From contig ML978130.1 of NCBI GenBank assembly GCA_010015805.1, positions 186,001 through 250,000 of the forward strand: DNA of 64,000 nucleotides. The letters run 5' to 3'. Source of the stretch: Rhizodiscina lignyota. Lineage: Eukaryota. The notes under the pieces are model-generated. The model searched no databases. It worked only from the letters and a program-made list of their open reading frames with translations, and was not told where the DNA came from. Made by a program: the position numbers and the translations under genes. Shown in pieces: positions 38,401-50,898 of the stretch; position 1 is the stretch's first letter, and the number at the start of each line of letters is the position of its first letter.

Positions 38401-40862
38401 TTCGATGTCTTGAAGATATGGTTCCTCAGGGATGTCCGCTGTCGCGCTCTCTATCATCGTTCGAGCAGCTCTCCCAGCGAGGCTCCTCCCACTAGTGGGG
38501 TAGATTCGCTGCGTAGGAAAGTACACGTTCTCGCTAGAAATGTTCAGCATTTGGCAACAGTCGTGCATGTCACTATCATACGACCGACGATGATAGCCTT
38601 CATATGCCGAGGGTCAGCTGTCGCCAGCCGTGACAGAGTTAAGTCCAACAGACAAGATAGGCAGAGTACCGCGAGTGTGATGTGCAGCACAGATCATTCA
38701 CACCCAAATTCCATGGCCATTCTACGAGACGTTCAAAGCGTGTGCGAGACGAACTGTGTAGTACGCACGCGTCGGGAAATTAACCACATACGTCTTAGCA
38801 GTCTGTAAACATATCGGAGATTTCAGGGGCGGTACAATCCTGTATGAAGAAACTGTCTCCATTATATAAGGCTTTCGCTATGATTGGTAGTAGAGCAAAG
38901 CGGAAAGGTCCCAGATCTCGCGAGAGGGAGTTTGAATGTTTGAGGAAAGATCTGAAGTACTACTGTGAGTTTCGCATATATTATAAGAATTGTCTGATGG
39001 CGGTCCGTTCGCTATCACGATGATGTCGCTGCATTAAGTATACTGACCTATCTACACCGGTTAGCGATGATGCCGATGTGACGATGTCCATTGGCAAGCT
39101 TACGCAGACACCATTGTGTAATTGATGAGGAGCTCCATCATCCCTTGAGATTGATGGTACTAGCCTATTTGAGATAAAATCTTCTTCGAAATTCGCCGTA
39201 TGCCTAACAGTGAATCGCCATTATTAAGTGCTGTCATCCTTGCTTGCTGCCGCCTTGCGAAGTTCAAGCTCGATCCAAGCTAGAAAAGAAACGAAGAGTT
39301 GAAGAAACGGATCGCTAACCACTATGTTTGACAAACATTCTAAGTAGACTTGACATTCAATTGATTATGGACGTAGGAAACGACACTGACAGCAGATACG
39401 GGGTTGTCCATTGACACAGTTCGAGACAGCACGACGGTGACAAAAAGTTTTGCCGCGGCTGTTGAGGCACCGAACAGTTGGGATATCGCAACTTTACCAC
39501 CGCATCGAACATCGTTCGTTATATCGCTCGACGGTGTTGCAATGGACCTCTTGCGAGCTCTCATTTAGCTCAGTCGAAATTCAAGCAAATGCATGGACCA
39601 AGAATAAAGTCCCTTTGTCCGATTGAGAATGAGTATGCAATCTATGGATCAGCGCATCAGTTTTCAACTTCTCAAACAAGTAACTATGTCCATGCTGTCC
39701 GTGTCATTCGCGCATCGGCAATCCCGAAAAGTCGAAGCCCATACTGGAGCCCTGGCCCCTGCATTTTTCGAAGATTGGGGCTTTTATTCGTGCAGGAGAT
39801 CTGGGTTGTATGGGAATCTTATCTTAATGCGGAACTGCTTCCACAGGTTCCCACCTTCACGCGCACGCGCACGCGACAATTAACGCAGACCACTTCTTGA
39901 CCTATATCGCTATTAGAACAAGATACCTCTTAGAAAATAAAATTTACATTAGGTACATCTATCTTGATATTGGAGAAGGCGACGTGACGTCCTGACAACA
40001 TCATCGAGCAGGCTTATCTTACCTTGGCCCTGAATCATGCAATCACGCATACTATCAATGCGCGGTATTGCCGAGCGGAATTTAAATAATCTTTGTGCGC
40101 AGAGATGATTGAAATGCCACGAGATTCAATAAAATCAATTGTATCGGAAAAGCAACATCATGTCTGCTCCAGTGTCTCGAAACCTGCATAATACAGGATC
40201 TCCCAACCCCGATATCACCTCTAACGCAAGCCCCGCCAACTCTCTTGTCATTTCGTGTGACCAATATACTCTGCCCAATCCGCAAGTTGATCTTATGTAC
40301 GGTGTTAGAGTCGCTTCCAATCCACCAGAAGAACATAAACTCAAGCACACAGGCCAAGACAGTGAGATCAAGGAGAGCTTTATGGAGCAAGATGAACTAA
40401 AGGAGCAGCTTGGAAGGTCAAAATCCAACATCGAGAGAGGTAAAGAAGAAGGATAGAACACACTTGACAGCGGAAAGTCCAGTACTTGAATGGAAAAGAA
40501 GAGTACAGAGAGGCCGCAGTAGATCGCTCCTCTTTCATAGCCGCGAAGAGTCAGCCAGCACGGAAATGGAATGTCGGCGGGCGCTCGGTCTAGTTCCACT
40601 GTTTCAGCATGTGAGACAGGTCAGTGGATGTACTTAGCATGCGGTTTCCAGCACTCGGCCTGAACTGATGGCTTTCTGAAATGGATATTGGTAGCATGAT
40701 CTTGTTGCCAAGCAATGCCTGCTATTATTTCGAGAGGAACCCTCGCTGTGACCCGTCTCGAAAGGCTTTATGGACTGGATCTGTGTAGAACCAACATGCG
40801 TGCAGGCCCTGTGTGAAGTATAAACTTCACTCCTTCAACCGCGAGGTGGTCGCAGTGTGCCT

Positions 40863-42994
40863 CTAATTCCGCTTCTTCTGTGGCTGTAAGACCTGACTGA
40901 AATAATGCTCCATATCCTTGATGTCCTCGAGATCGCCGAGATACGAGACATGCTGATCTGGCCTGAGCACTGCAATGCAACCCTTGTCCTTATTGACACC
41001 CCACTCTTCATATGCATCACTGAACTCTCCTTCCACGCCTTGGTCGTTGTTCGAGAAGCATTTCCAATAGTCGTATCCGAGTTTCGGATCGAATGGGTGA
41101 AGTATCTCGGGGAGATCTAGTAACTCGACTTTTTCCCGAGGTGCGGCATGGATCATCAAGATTTCAATAACCGCGTCGTTTTTTGCGTTGTTGGGTGTGT
41201 ATGCGTACACAAATGATGATGGATTGGCGAGGTATTCGCACAGACTTTCCAAACGGGACATCTGCGCAGGCTTGCTGATATCGCCGGCGAGCACTAGCAG
41301 CCGCCAGCGGCCATCGGATCGCAGTATCGAGTGCACATGCACGATGCTTGCTTCGGCTTGATTTATAACCAGATGTGATGGGAGTCGTTGACCAACGATG
41401 ATCTTGCGAGATACCGATTGCTTCGAGAAGAGCTGTGCTCGAGCTGCTTTGTCGGAGCCATTTTGCGACTCAGGCGTAGATGGGTTTCTTTCGTGCGTGT
41501 CAGGCACCAAGATGTTAGGACCATATTCCACGCTGACACCGCTAAGGAACCTCTGGAACTGTCCGCGGAACTTGTTGTAATTGCGCGCATCCTTGCCTGG
41601 CCCCGCTGCATAAAATTCGCTCATCTTATGATCCATATCCATTAGCTTTTCTGCCACTGCCTCTCGTTCAGCATTATATGTGCTGAGAACTCTTGGCTGG
41701 GCGATGCCCTTAACAACTTGTCCGATTTTCCAGACCAGGTTGTACGTATCTTGGACAGAAACGTTCATTCCAGCGCCCATTGTGGGTGAGTGCGTATGGA
41801 CGGCGTCGCCGGCCAGAAAGATGCGTTCATTTAGGTCGAACTGTGAAGCAAATCGCTGGCCTATTGTGTATACGGACCACCAGTCACAAAAGTCATAGTC
41901 GAGTTTGTATGGACTAAGGATCTCTGATGCCTTGTCCGCAATTGTACGTGGGGTGATCTTTTCAGTGTCGAGCTCATCTCCGCTACTGCCGGTCTCGCCT
42001 AGTTGAACGTAAAAACGGACAAGGCGGCCTTCGCGAGGGATGGTCATTAGGCTGCCAGTGTTTGTGGAATGTATTGCACATGAAGTTCGTACGTCGGCTG
42101 CTGGTATTAGCTTCTGTTTAAGGACTCCATCATCATCTCGCTTACGAAAGTCTGTTATTGGAATAATGTCAATGACGCCAAAATGTCGTCTTGTTTTACC
42201 ATCCCCCATCTCCAGACCAAGCTGTTGTCTAGTCCAGCTGTGGCCACCATCGGTACCAAGCAGGTACTTGGTTTTGATGAATTCCGTTTCAGGTAACTCC
42301 ACTGAGACAATTAGCAGAATTCCTGTAACGCAAACGGCTTCATACAATCTGCACCTTGGGCCTCTTCACTGCGTCCTGAGCGCTTGTGGCTAATGCGGAG
42401 AGTTATGGGATAATCATTGTCGGCGCTCATGTCAGCCTTATCAAATTCGAGGGATTCCGTCTTTATATTTCGCTCGACACTAAGCGGGCCATCTTTTTCC
42501 AGAAAGTCGAGGAAGTTTTGCTCTATAAAGCCTTGGTGTATAGCTACTTGACAGTAGCGGCCAAAGTCTTCTTCCTTCGGCAAGAATCGTTGCGTTCGTT
42601 GAATCCTGTTTTCATCTTCTGGATGAGGATTCTTGAATAGCATCAGTATATGTTTAATACAGACAGATAGTGATATTACCCAGGAGCAGATTTCTCGAAT
42701 TTGTTGTGATGCCTTTTCAATAGGCGTGGCCATGCCGAAGCTGTCAAGTATCTCCATTGTCCGAACATGAAGCCCGTCAGCACGGCCATTCTGAATTCTA
42801 TCGGCCTTATCATCTAGAATTCGGGCATTCAACTGAAGTCGGCTTGCCCAAGATGCTGCCATTAGGCCGGCTGGCCCAGCACCGATGATGACCAAGTCAC
42901 TGTAGGATGTTTTAGCTCTCATGGTGGATAGAGATCTTAAGCTTGAAGCACGCCGACAAAGTCCACGCATACACAACCTGGTAACAGGTATCAT
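40863..42994 (-). CDS. FAD-dependent phenol 2-monooxygenase (phenol hydroxylase family); introns 42679-42632 and 42345-42302
   Basis: DLVIIGAGPAG, GRADGL..RTMEI, LGTDGGHSWTR, IPRE..LVRFY, FLAGDAVHTHSP..GAGMNVS..D, C-terminal thioredoxin-like domain ending VLRPDQHV. Confidence 0.93.
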
Positions 42995-43938
42995 TGTTTG
43001 TGTATGCTGAACTCTCTCATGGATCAATGGCAGGTTATGTAACTTGGCGCTTCCGGCTCCCGTGCTTGAGTGAATAGCGGCAAATAGCACTGCAAAAGAA
43101 GGTGCTGAGAGCTACTTTGAAAAGAATACAAAGCGTTTGTGTTCAATAATGGAAAATGGCTGGTGATGAGCTATGCCGACAATTCTGGAGTTCACGTGTG
43201 CTTTGCCTGTGTCTTTCGTAGCGGGCGTCCAAAATTACGACGGACGGACAGATGAATGGGGTTAGAGCGCTTCGAACGTGTCTCCGCCGGCCATGACCTG
43301 TCCATGACATCACTAGAAAAGAGCCAGGTTGCTCAGGAACAATGGAAGCCGGATGTTCTGACATCGTCAATTGCATTTGTCGATGTCGCGATGATTGGTA
43401 GATTGCATCACCGCTCTGAAACGGGCACCGGGAGTGAGCTCCGATCTCCTGAACAGGGGTGCCTTGAGCGCCACATCAATCTCTGATGCACCACCTTACG
43501 ACCGGTTTGTTTTTCAACAGCTTGGAAGCCGACAGCGAGCACCTATGGCATGGCGACGGTGTCTATCCATATGTGGCTCACATTGCTCTGCACCAATCCG
43601 TGACGGCCGGTGCGGCTGGGTAAGTTGTCAACATTGAGCTTGCGCTGTAACTGGCCGCAAATGCTTTGCACTCCTCTCCTAGATGGGTATCGTGGGACAT
43701 GATTACCCAATACTTCCGTCACCATGGCTCAGTCTGCCTTGTCTGGCTGGCTCTTACGAGTACATGGCGTATTGAATTCATGATGGAGGACAGATATCTC
43801 CGTTCTCGGAACAGCGCCTTACGACTCGGTACTCTTCCTTTGTGTATAATTGCACCCAGAGTCCTTTGTCTGTAAATCTTCTTCCGTTTCCTTTCCGGTC
43901 TAGAGTAGATTTGACCCCTTTTCACCTGAATTGGGAGT

Positions 43939-45026
43939 ATGGGCTCGTACGGCCCGGACAACCAGCTGTTTGCAGCGGATATCATCGACATCCAATCTGA
44001 TGCTAAGAAGATATCCTTATCCAACGACACTAGAGAGCTGCTGAAAGCACACCCTCCGCGCTTCTCGCCTTTACTGCTGTGGAATGAGGAAGGCTTGCGA
44101 CGCTTCGAAACTATCACTTATCTGAAGGAGTACTACCTCACCAACTGCGAGATCGAGCTTCTGGAGAAGCACAGCCACGAGATTGCGCAGAGGATCGAGC
44201 GTGGATCTATCATTCTTGAGTTGGGCAGCGGATGTCTTCGAAAGATTGAGATTTTGCTCCGCGCTCTTGACGGCCTAGGAAAGCGAGTTGACTACTACGC
44301 ACTTGATCTCTCAACGCCGGAGCTCGAGCGGTCGTTGCAGCCGGTCCGCCCAGGCACGTTCCAGCATGTAAGATGTCATGGTCTACTGGGTACTTATGAA
44401 GATGGTCTGAGTTGGCTGCGAAAACCGAAAAATGCTTTCAGGCCAAGAGTTGTGCTTTCATTGGGCTCAACGCTTGGAAGCTTTACCCGATCCGAGACTG
44501 CCGGCCTCCTAGCTGGGTTCGCCGACGCGCTCAACTGTTCAGCGAACGGAGCGGTCGGAAGTGAACCTTTGATTATTATCGGGCTCGACGGCTGCAAAGA
44601 CGGCGATAAGGTGTGGAACGCTTACAATGATGTAAAAGGCCGGAACGAGGGTTTCGTAAGGAACACGCTGGATCATACAAACGAAGTTCTCGGCAGTGAC
44701 ATATTCCACCAGGAAGAATGGGACCATCATGGAGAGTGGAACGACAGAGCTGGGCGGCACGAACAGTACTTGACTCCACGAAAAGATATATGGCTTGAAG
44801 GTCACTGCCTGAGAGCCGGAGGAAAAGTTTTTGTGGTCTCTAGTCACAAATATGACGCGAAAGATCGCCAGCAGCTATGGCGTGCTGCTGGCCTCTTTGA
44901 GATTCGAGGATGGCACACGGTGGGGAGGGAATACGGTCAGCTACAGCTTGAGTGCGATAATTCATGCGATACTTGGCTAATTAGAACACAGGCCTTCATG
45001 TTCTATCTACACGACTGCCAAACTGA
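43939..45026 (+). CDS. Stand-alone EasF/EgtD-type aromatic amino acid N-methyltransferase (Methyltransf_33); intron 44936-44991
   Basis: LLWNEEGLRRFE..TY..EYYLTNCE, ELGSG, YYALDLS, GLLGTY.DG, LGSTLG, IIGLDG, AYND, SHKY; no sulfoxide synthase domain fused. Confidence 0.9.
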
Positions 45027-45912
45027 ATTTACAGATGCACGTGCCATAAGAGGACTTTACCTCTGATTTCCCAAGCTCCGCGGTGAGAGAAAAGGTTGAC
45101 GGTAGCTTTCAAGTGATCCCGTACTGGAAAGCAACAGGGATCGCACCCTCCATTACTGGAATATTACGCAATAATATTATTTGTGTATGGAGTTTCGGCC
45201 TTAGTCTCTTTCCCTTTATTTTTCTTTATTTAATTTTTCCCTTCACCGCTATGTTTTCAATTACAACGCGCCCATTCCCAGAACAACCTCAGATCACGAA
45301 AGCAAAATCCACAAAACATAAACAAATCCAATGAGCAAGAAAGGCAAGGAAATTTCAATAATACTTACGAGATCATCCCTCATGTACTTATGAGGAGAAT
45401 GTATTATTTGAGATTGCTTCGCCTTCCGCTATTCAAAGCGGACATCTCGAGGTTCAAGTTTCAACAGAGGGGTTTGAACAGCACTGATGCTAAACTTCGC
45501 AAGAAAAGCTATATATATCTAGCTCCTTGAACGCCGCGTCCTGCGCCACCATGTTGATCTTGACCGCGCAGTGATTACTCTGCGGCAGAAGCTCGACCAC
45601 ATCCAGGAAAAACATCGGTTGTACAATGCGGTTGTTGTTAACTTCTTCAGGCATTTGTTGTATCTCTGGTCATCGGGTACGGGCCATCAGCAAGCAGTTT
45701 AAGTGCGCAAGAGACTGGCAGAGGAGCATAGTACGCGCAAGGGCTCCTCTTCAAATTAATAAGAGGCAGAGCATCTACACAATGACATTGGTAGAACCAA
45801 TAACCATTCCTGATTGAATCAATGAGCCTTTCCCTTCCGAGCCCTTCCAAAAGAGCCCAACTATCCATGTAACAATCTGGCCTTGGGGCCTTCGAAACGC
45901 CACGTCTCAATC

Positions 45913-46980
45913 TCATACACTCCAAGCCTCTGGTTGACCAATCCTAAGAATACCACCCTCGCGCAGCTCCGCTAACCTCCTCCTCATTACGGTCGTGAAG
46001 TCATCCAAAACCATCCCCTGCCCTCTCCTCAGCGCAAGCAGGGCCCCAGCAGCTCGCAGCTCCTCCACCGTTCCATCAGTCGCTGGATTCGGTGATCTTG
46101 GCGGCGGACCAGGTCGTCGTGCATCTCCTGCGACATGCGTTATGGGCAGAGCGGGACCATCATAACTCGATGGGGCCAGATCAGGGAGCGAAGAGTCGGT
46201 GCTGGCCTCATCGTCATCTTCAGTCTGGGTAGTTTCGGTTGGGTCCGCGTCTGACTCTAGAGATGGGAGGAGGAGCTGCAGTTGGCGTCGACGCTCCGCC
46301 CTTTCAACAAAGCTCTGATATGCATAATGTGCCTCAAAGCGGCGCCAGGCCGCAGTTGCTTCATCTCTCAGCTGCTGCAGTATTATACGACGCTGTGCTC
46401 CCGCTTCTACACCACTTGTCGACGGACGTGATCGCTGCACGCTTCTGCCATGGACGCCAGACACTGAGCCATTGGTTTGAGTGCTAGTGGAAGGAGGTCG
46501 AACTGCCGGCGCAAGACCATCAGGAGTAGCAGGCAGCGCGGGCGTGCCAAAGAAGCCGAAGCTGCCATTGTAAGCGTCGCTCAGAGCGAAGATGTTGAAT
46601 CTGCTGCCGTTCGACACGCTTCTGTTCCATGGCCCAATATGAGAGGTAGTTCGGACTGACGCGTTGTTGAACTCGGGGCTGTCATTCGAGCGCGGCTGAG
46701 CCGCTCCAACGGAGGGCTGAAGGCTTCTGCCACCCAAGCGTAGGAATCGTGGCGAGGGGAATGGCGAGGGATACGGAACCATATCGAGAGGCGCGCCGTG
46801 TGAGCGATATCCGCTATGTGTATCGTTGTCGGGTTCTTTTGAAGCGCTGTCGCTGCCGGAGGAAGGTCCAGGATTCGACCTCGTCTCCCTTTGGCCGTCT
46901 TTATCAGATCTATAATGTACAACAAGTTCAGTAAGACGTAAAAACAAAGAGCCATTAAGTTCGAGAGCGTGGATCATCAT
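45913..46980 (-). CDS. Hypothetical low-complexity protein
   Basis: 355-aa uninterrupted ORF, S/P/R-rich, with no recognisable domain. Confidence 0.5.
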   Translation of the reverse strand: MMIHALELNGSLFLRLTELVVHYRSDKDGQRETRSNPGPSSGSDSASKEPDNDTHSGYRSHGAPLDMVPYPSPFPSPRFLRLGGRSLQPSVGAAQPRSNDSPEFNNASVRTTSHIGPWNRSVSNGSRFNIFALSDAYNGSFGFFGTPALPATPDGLAPAVRPPSTSTQTNGSVSGVHGRSVQRSRPSTSGVEAGAQRRIILQQLRDEATAAWRRFEAHYAYQSFVERAERRRQLQLLLPSLESDADPTETTQTEDDDEASTDSSLPDLAPSSYDGPALPITHVAGDARRPGPPPRSPNPATDGTVEELRAAGALLALRRGQGMVLDDFTTVMRRRLAELREGGILRIGQPEAWSV

Positions 46981-47233
46981 GAATCAGTGGGGCACGATTA
47001 GTGATCCAACAGGGTGGCTATTCTTCTTCGACTACTTGACAAGTAGGCTAAACACCTCCGTTCGCTGTGCCAATGTGTAATTGTGCAGAGAGGTGTGAAT
47101 CAGGTATCTCGAGTCCTGCGCTTTCGGTGCTGTCTATGTACTCAAACAAATCAGGGTTTTGCGGAGAGAGATCTAAGCTTTTGCTTTGCTTCCTTTCGCT
47201 GTGCACGCCAGGAAATTTATGCAGAAGAAAACT

Positions 47234-49808
47234 CTACCGTGAAAAGCCATTTGATGAAGCCGAAGCCGGCGGTTGTCCTTGTCCGCGCGCAACAGGCACC
47301 GTATACGACATCTTCGACCATCTGTATGTAGATCTGAGTCAGTAAAACCGTGCGAGTTTGATTTCTGTCGGTGAATAGCTGGGAGAAAGCTTACATTCGC
47401 ACAACGGCGTCGTCGCCAGCCGATGCGAACATGGCTGGGTCTGTTGGATGCCACGCGACAGTGTTAACGCAGCCTGGCCTATGCGCCTCTAATGCTTCTA
47501 CTAGTTGTCCATTTGTTCGCCAGATATAGATCCGCGAGTCTATGATTCATTAGAAGCCGAACTCGGATTAGCACGCTTTGGGAGCACCCACCTTCACTGC
47601 CGCTCACGACAAACGTCTCCTGTGCGCCACCAAATGCGTTCCTGATCATGAACTGCGTCTGCTTGTGTCCTTCAAACACTTGCAGCACCTCACCCGTATC
47701 GATACTCATCATCTTGATCTTGTTCTCGTTCATGCCGACAAGCATTCGCATCGAGTCTCTCGATATATAGACACTCGTAAGCCTTTCGTCGTCCATTGGA
47801 TGCTCGGCGAGCCTTGCCCTCATGGGCATGGCCAGATCGTACACCAGGATCTTTGATGCGAGAAGCGCCACTAGTCTTGATCCATCGGGCGATATTGCGA
47901 TATCATAGACACGGAGATTATCCTCTTTCCATGAGTAGATCTTTTCGAGTCGATTTGCGTCGTAGAGAATAAGTGGGGCCTCTGAATCTTGTGATGCGAC
48001 GACGAAAGAGGTGCCAGAAGGGCTCCAAGCAGCTGCAGTAACGGCATAGGTGAAATGTTGAAGGACCCCAATATGGTCGCCAGTCTAGATAAATGTTAAT
48101 GTGACGCGCCTTTCAATGTTGATGGAGACCGCTTACTTCAGTATCCCAGACGATGGCGGTGTTGTCTTGCTCCTTGCCACAACTGATCAGTCTCTTGCTA
48201 TCCGGACTCCATGCGAGATAGCAGACACCAGCAGAATGACGCTCGAGTTTGTGCAGTATGTCGAACTTGGGCACGCTATAGATGATGATTACAGCGTCCT
48301 TCCCAGTCGTCGCAAGCATGGTACCGTCAGGTGAGAAAGCCAAGAACCAGACTTCATCTTGGTGGTCCTTGAGATTGAGGATGGTCTTGAGGGGGAATTC
48401 GTCTCGCGCACAGGTATGATCGACAAAGAGAGAAGGGGATTCGGACGTGTTGTGGTAGAGGCAGTTCTGGATCCAGCTCGACTTGACTTCGTCAAGCAAA
48501 GTAGCTAATCGGTGCTCGGGAAGCATAACCGTTGGTGAAATGCAGCCTGAACCGAAAGAACACTTAGCACCTGTAAAAATATCCTAATGGTGATAATTGG
48601 GAATACTCACGTGACAGGTCTGAAAGTAACAGGTTTCGGGATTGGCCTGCTGCACCATCCCAATTCGCTTGACCTCTAAGGTCGTCGGCTGATTGACACA
48701 TCATGAGACTTTCGACATGTTAGCAGAGTACACCATCTGGGCTGGTCGATACATACCTTGACAGGGCATGAAGCCTTCCGGTATCGTGGCGTAGAGGCGT
48801 GAGCTCCTCTCGAAGAACGTGCAATGCTCCCGCAAGATCCCTCTGCTCGAGAAGCTCAAGGTATTTCTGCTGCCGCATCATGAACAGCATCTCACTCTTC
48901 ATGGCGCCATTTGCAAGTGGTAGCCCCTTCTGATAGCCTATTTCTCTCCATGAGCTTCTTGGCCCCTTTGCTCTTTTGCTATCAAATATGGACATGCCTT
49001 TACTACTGTCGAGCATCGACATTGTCTCTGTGTCTGCAGCGCCTGCATCCTCTTCACCTCCTGTGCCGAACAGAAGTAGTTCTGCGGTTGGCCAGTCTCC
49101 ATCTAGAACTGCTTGTCGGAAGGCCGCAGCACTCGGCTGTTCCAGCTCGAGGCCACTCTCTCGGCATAACTGCTTCGCCGCACTGGGAAATCCAAGGTCC
49201 GCCAAGCTTTGTATTAATATGCGTGTGACCTCCTTCTTGTTGTGACCCTGCCATACTTCATCATCGCCCACTGTGGTGCCGTTAGCGACGGAAGCGTTGC
49301 TATCGGATTTGCTGTGGCCGTTTGCTTGACCATTTGTGAACTTGACAGGTGAGACTCCGTTGGACGAACCGTTTGATGCTGCGTGAGTAGGTGAGGCTGG
49401 TTGTCTGGGTGAATTTGTGTCGAGACGCATATCGGATCCTCGTCTGCGCTTTGGGGGAGGTTGTGAGGGGCCTTGACGGCCGGAGATAGATTCGGGACTC
49501 TCTTCTGTGGGGAGCCACTGGCGACGGAGCTCTTCTTGTTCTGTGGAAGAGCTACGTCTGCGCTTCGCCGTTGTGAGGTTGGGCTCGTGCGCGTTGTAGT
49601 TGTGCGAGTCTGGTCGTTCGTCGAGGGACTGAAGAGCGTGGGTAGAAGTGGAATCGGGCGGTGCAGGTCGGGCAGAGGGTTCTTGGGAAGTAGAAGGTCG
49701 GGAGGGCGTAGTGGCTGGGCGGTCGGAGGCGAATGGGGTGGGTGTGTTGTTTGCAGTTGCGTCTGCCAGGTCGAAGACTGGCGTCACTGTTGTGAGATTT
49801 AGTAGCAA
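47234..49808 (-). CDS. GID7: WD40-repeat protein with LisH/CTLH, GID7/WDR26-like subunit of the GID/CTLH E3 ligase; multi-exon, 5' end uncertain
   Basis: EVTRILIQSL.DLGF (LisH), QQKYLELLE...AL.VLR.EL (CTLH), MLPEHRLATLL, CLYHN, HQDEVWFLAFSPDG, GHKQ..FMIR..FGG, ASAGDD...RIW. Confidence 0.88.
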
Positions 49809-50898
49809 CTGCGTAGCTGAAGGCCTTGGTGTCTTGGGTCCAGCCCGCGAGGTTCTGTCCCCAAGACCAAGGCTGTAGCTGACGCACTAGCTTAGACAAC
49901 TCCTGCTGCGGAGGACGCGACGTCTCCGGGCCAGATTCGAAGCTGGTTGGCGAAGTGGATTTCGGTAGGCCGTTGGGTTGACGTCTAGGAACGGCCCCGC
50001 CGCGGATATGCTAAGCAGGCGCGAGGAAAGGAAGAAGAAAAGACAAGATCTGAAATCTGGAGGATTTACCAAGAAGATCAGATGGTAGGAAGCGTGTACG
50101 AGCGAATCTGCACGCGTGCAGCAGGAGTGGGATGCTGTAGGTGCTGGAGGCAAGCGTGGAGAGTGATGGAAGTGGTCGACTTTAGCTCACAGCGGCTTCC
50201 GAAGCGACGTCAAGCATCTCCAATCGATGTGCCAAGGCCGCGACGTCAACAAAGAAGTGGCTTCCGTGGAAAGCGCAGGGCGTGACTGCCTGTCTCTCCA
50301 GAATACCGACGTTTGCTTCTAATTTGATTGCAGCGGCGGCTCGAATATTCACGTCGTGGCGCCTCGTGCTGGACAGCGTGTCTGCGCGGGCAATGCTCGG
50401 CCCACCAGTCAATCAAGATCAAGTCACCCGGTACGAGCACATGCCCAACTCCGCTAGCGGACTCTCCAATGCCCCACGATAAGACTGTGATAATGCCTGA
50501 CCAAGCAATATTGTGGCGAGCCGTTGTCAAGAGCGCGGGGCTGACTGTCTGTCTCGAGCGTGACCAAATACAGGGCCACCAGGCAAGCGGTCGTTGGCGC
50601 CCAGGCACGAGCAGCTCAAGGTATGCGAGACTATCTCTGAAGGCTCACCTGTACTTTCTTCGGAGTACACTAGGTGATCCTGAATTATTATAACTAATTA
50701 ATCATAGACGCTACATACTGTTGCCGCCGGTTTTATTGTCGCCTTCACCAGCGGGCCGTGCCGACTTGAACTGGGATGCCCTTATCTGAAGCGTGCTGTT
50801 TGCCATGAGGTAGTTCAAGACACGCTCCATGGATTCCATCAAAGCGGTTGATGTGGACCTTCGATTTTATGGTACAATAGTCCTACACGAGATATACA

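Noticed and set aside
43939..45026. Ergothioneine biosynthesis gene Egt1
   Set aside because: Fungal Egt1 fuses the methyltransferase to a sulfoxide synthase domain; this gene stops right after the MT domain
40863..45026. Ergot alkaloid cluster
   Set aside because: No DMATS (dmaW), easE or easC-like genes in the window
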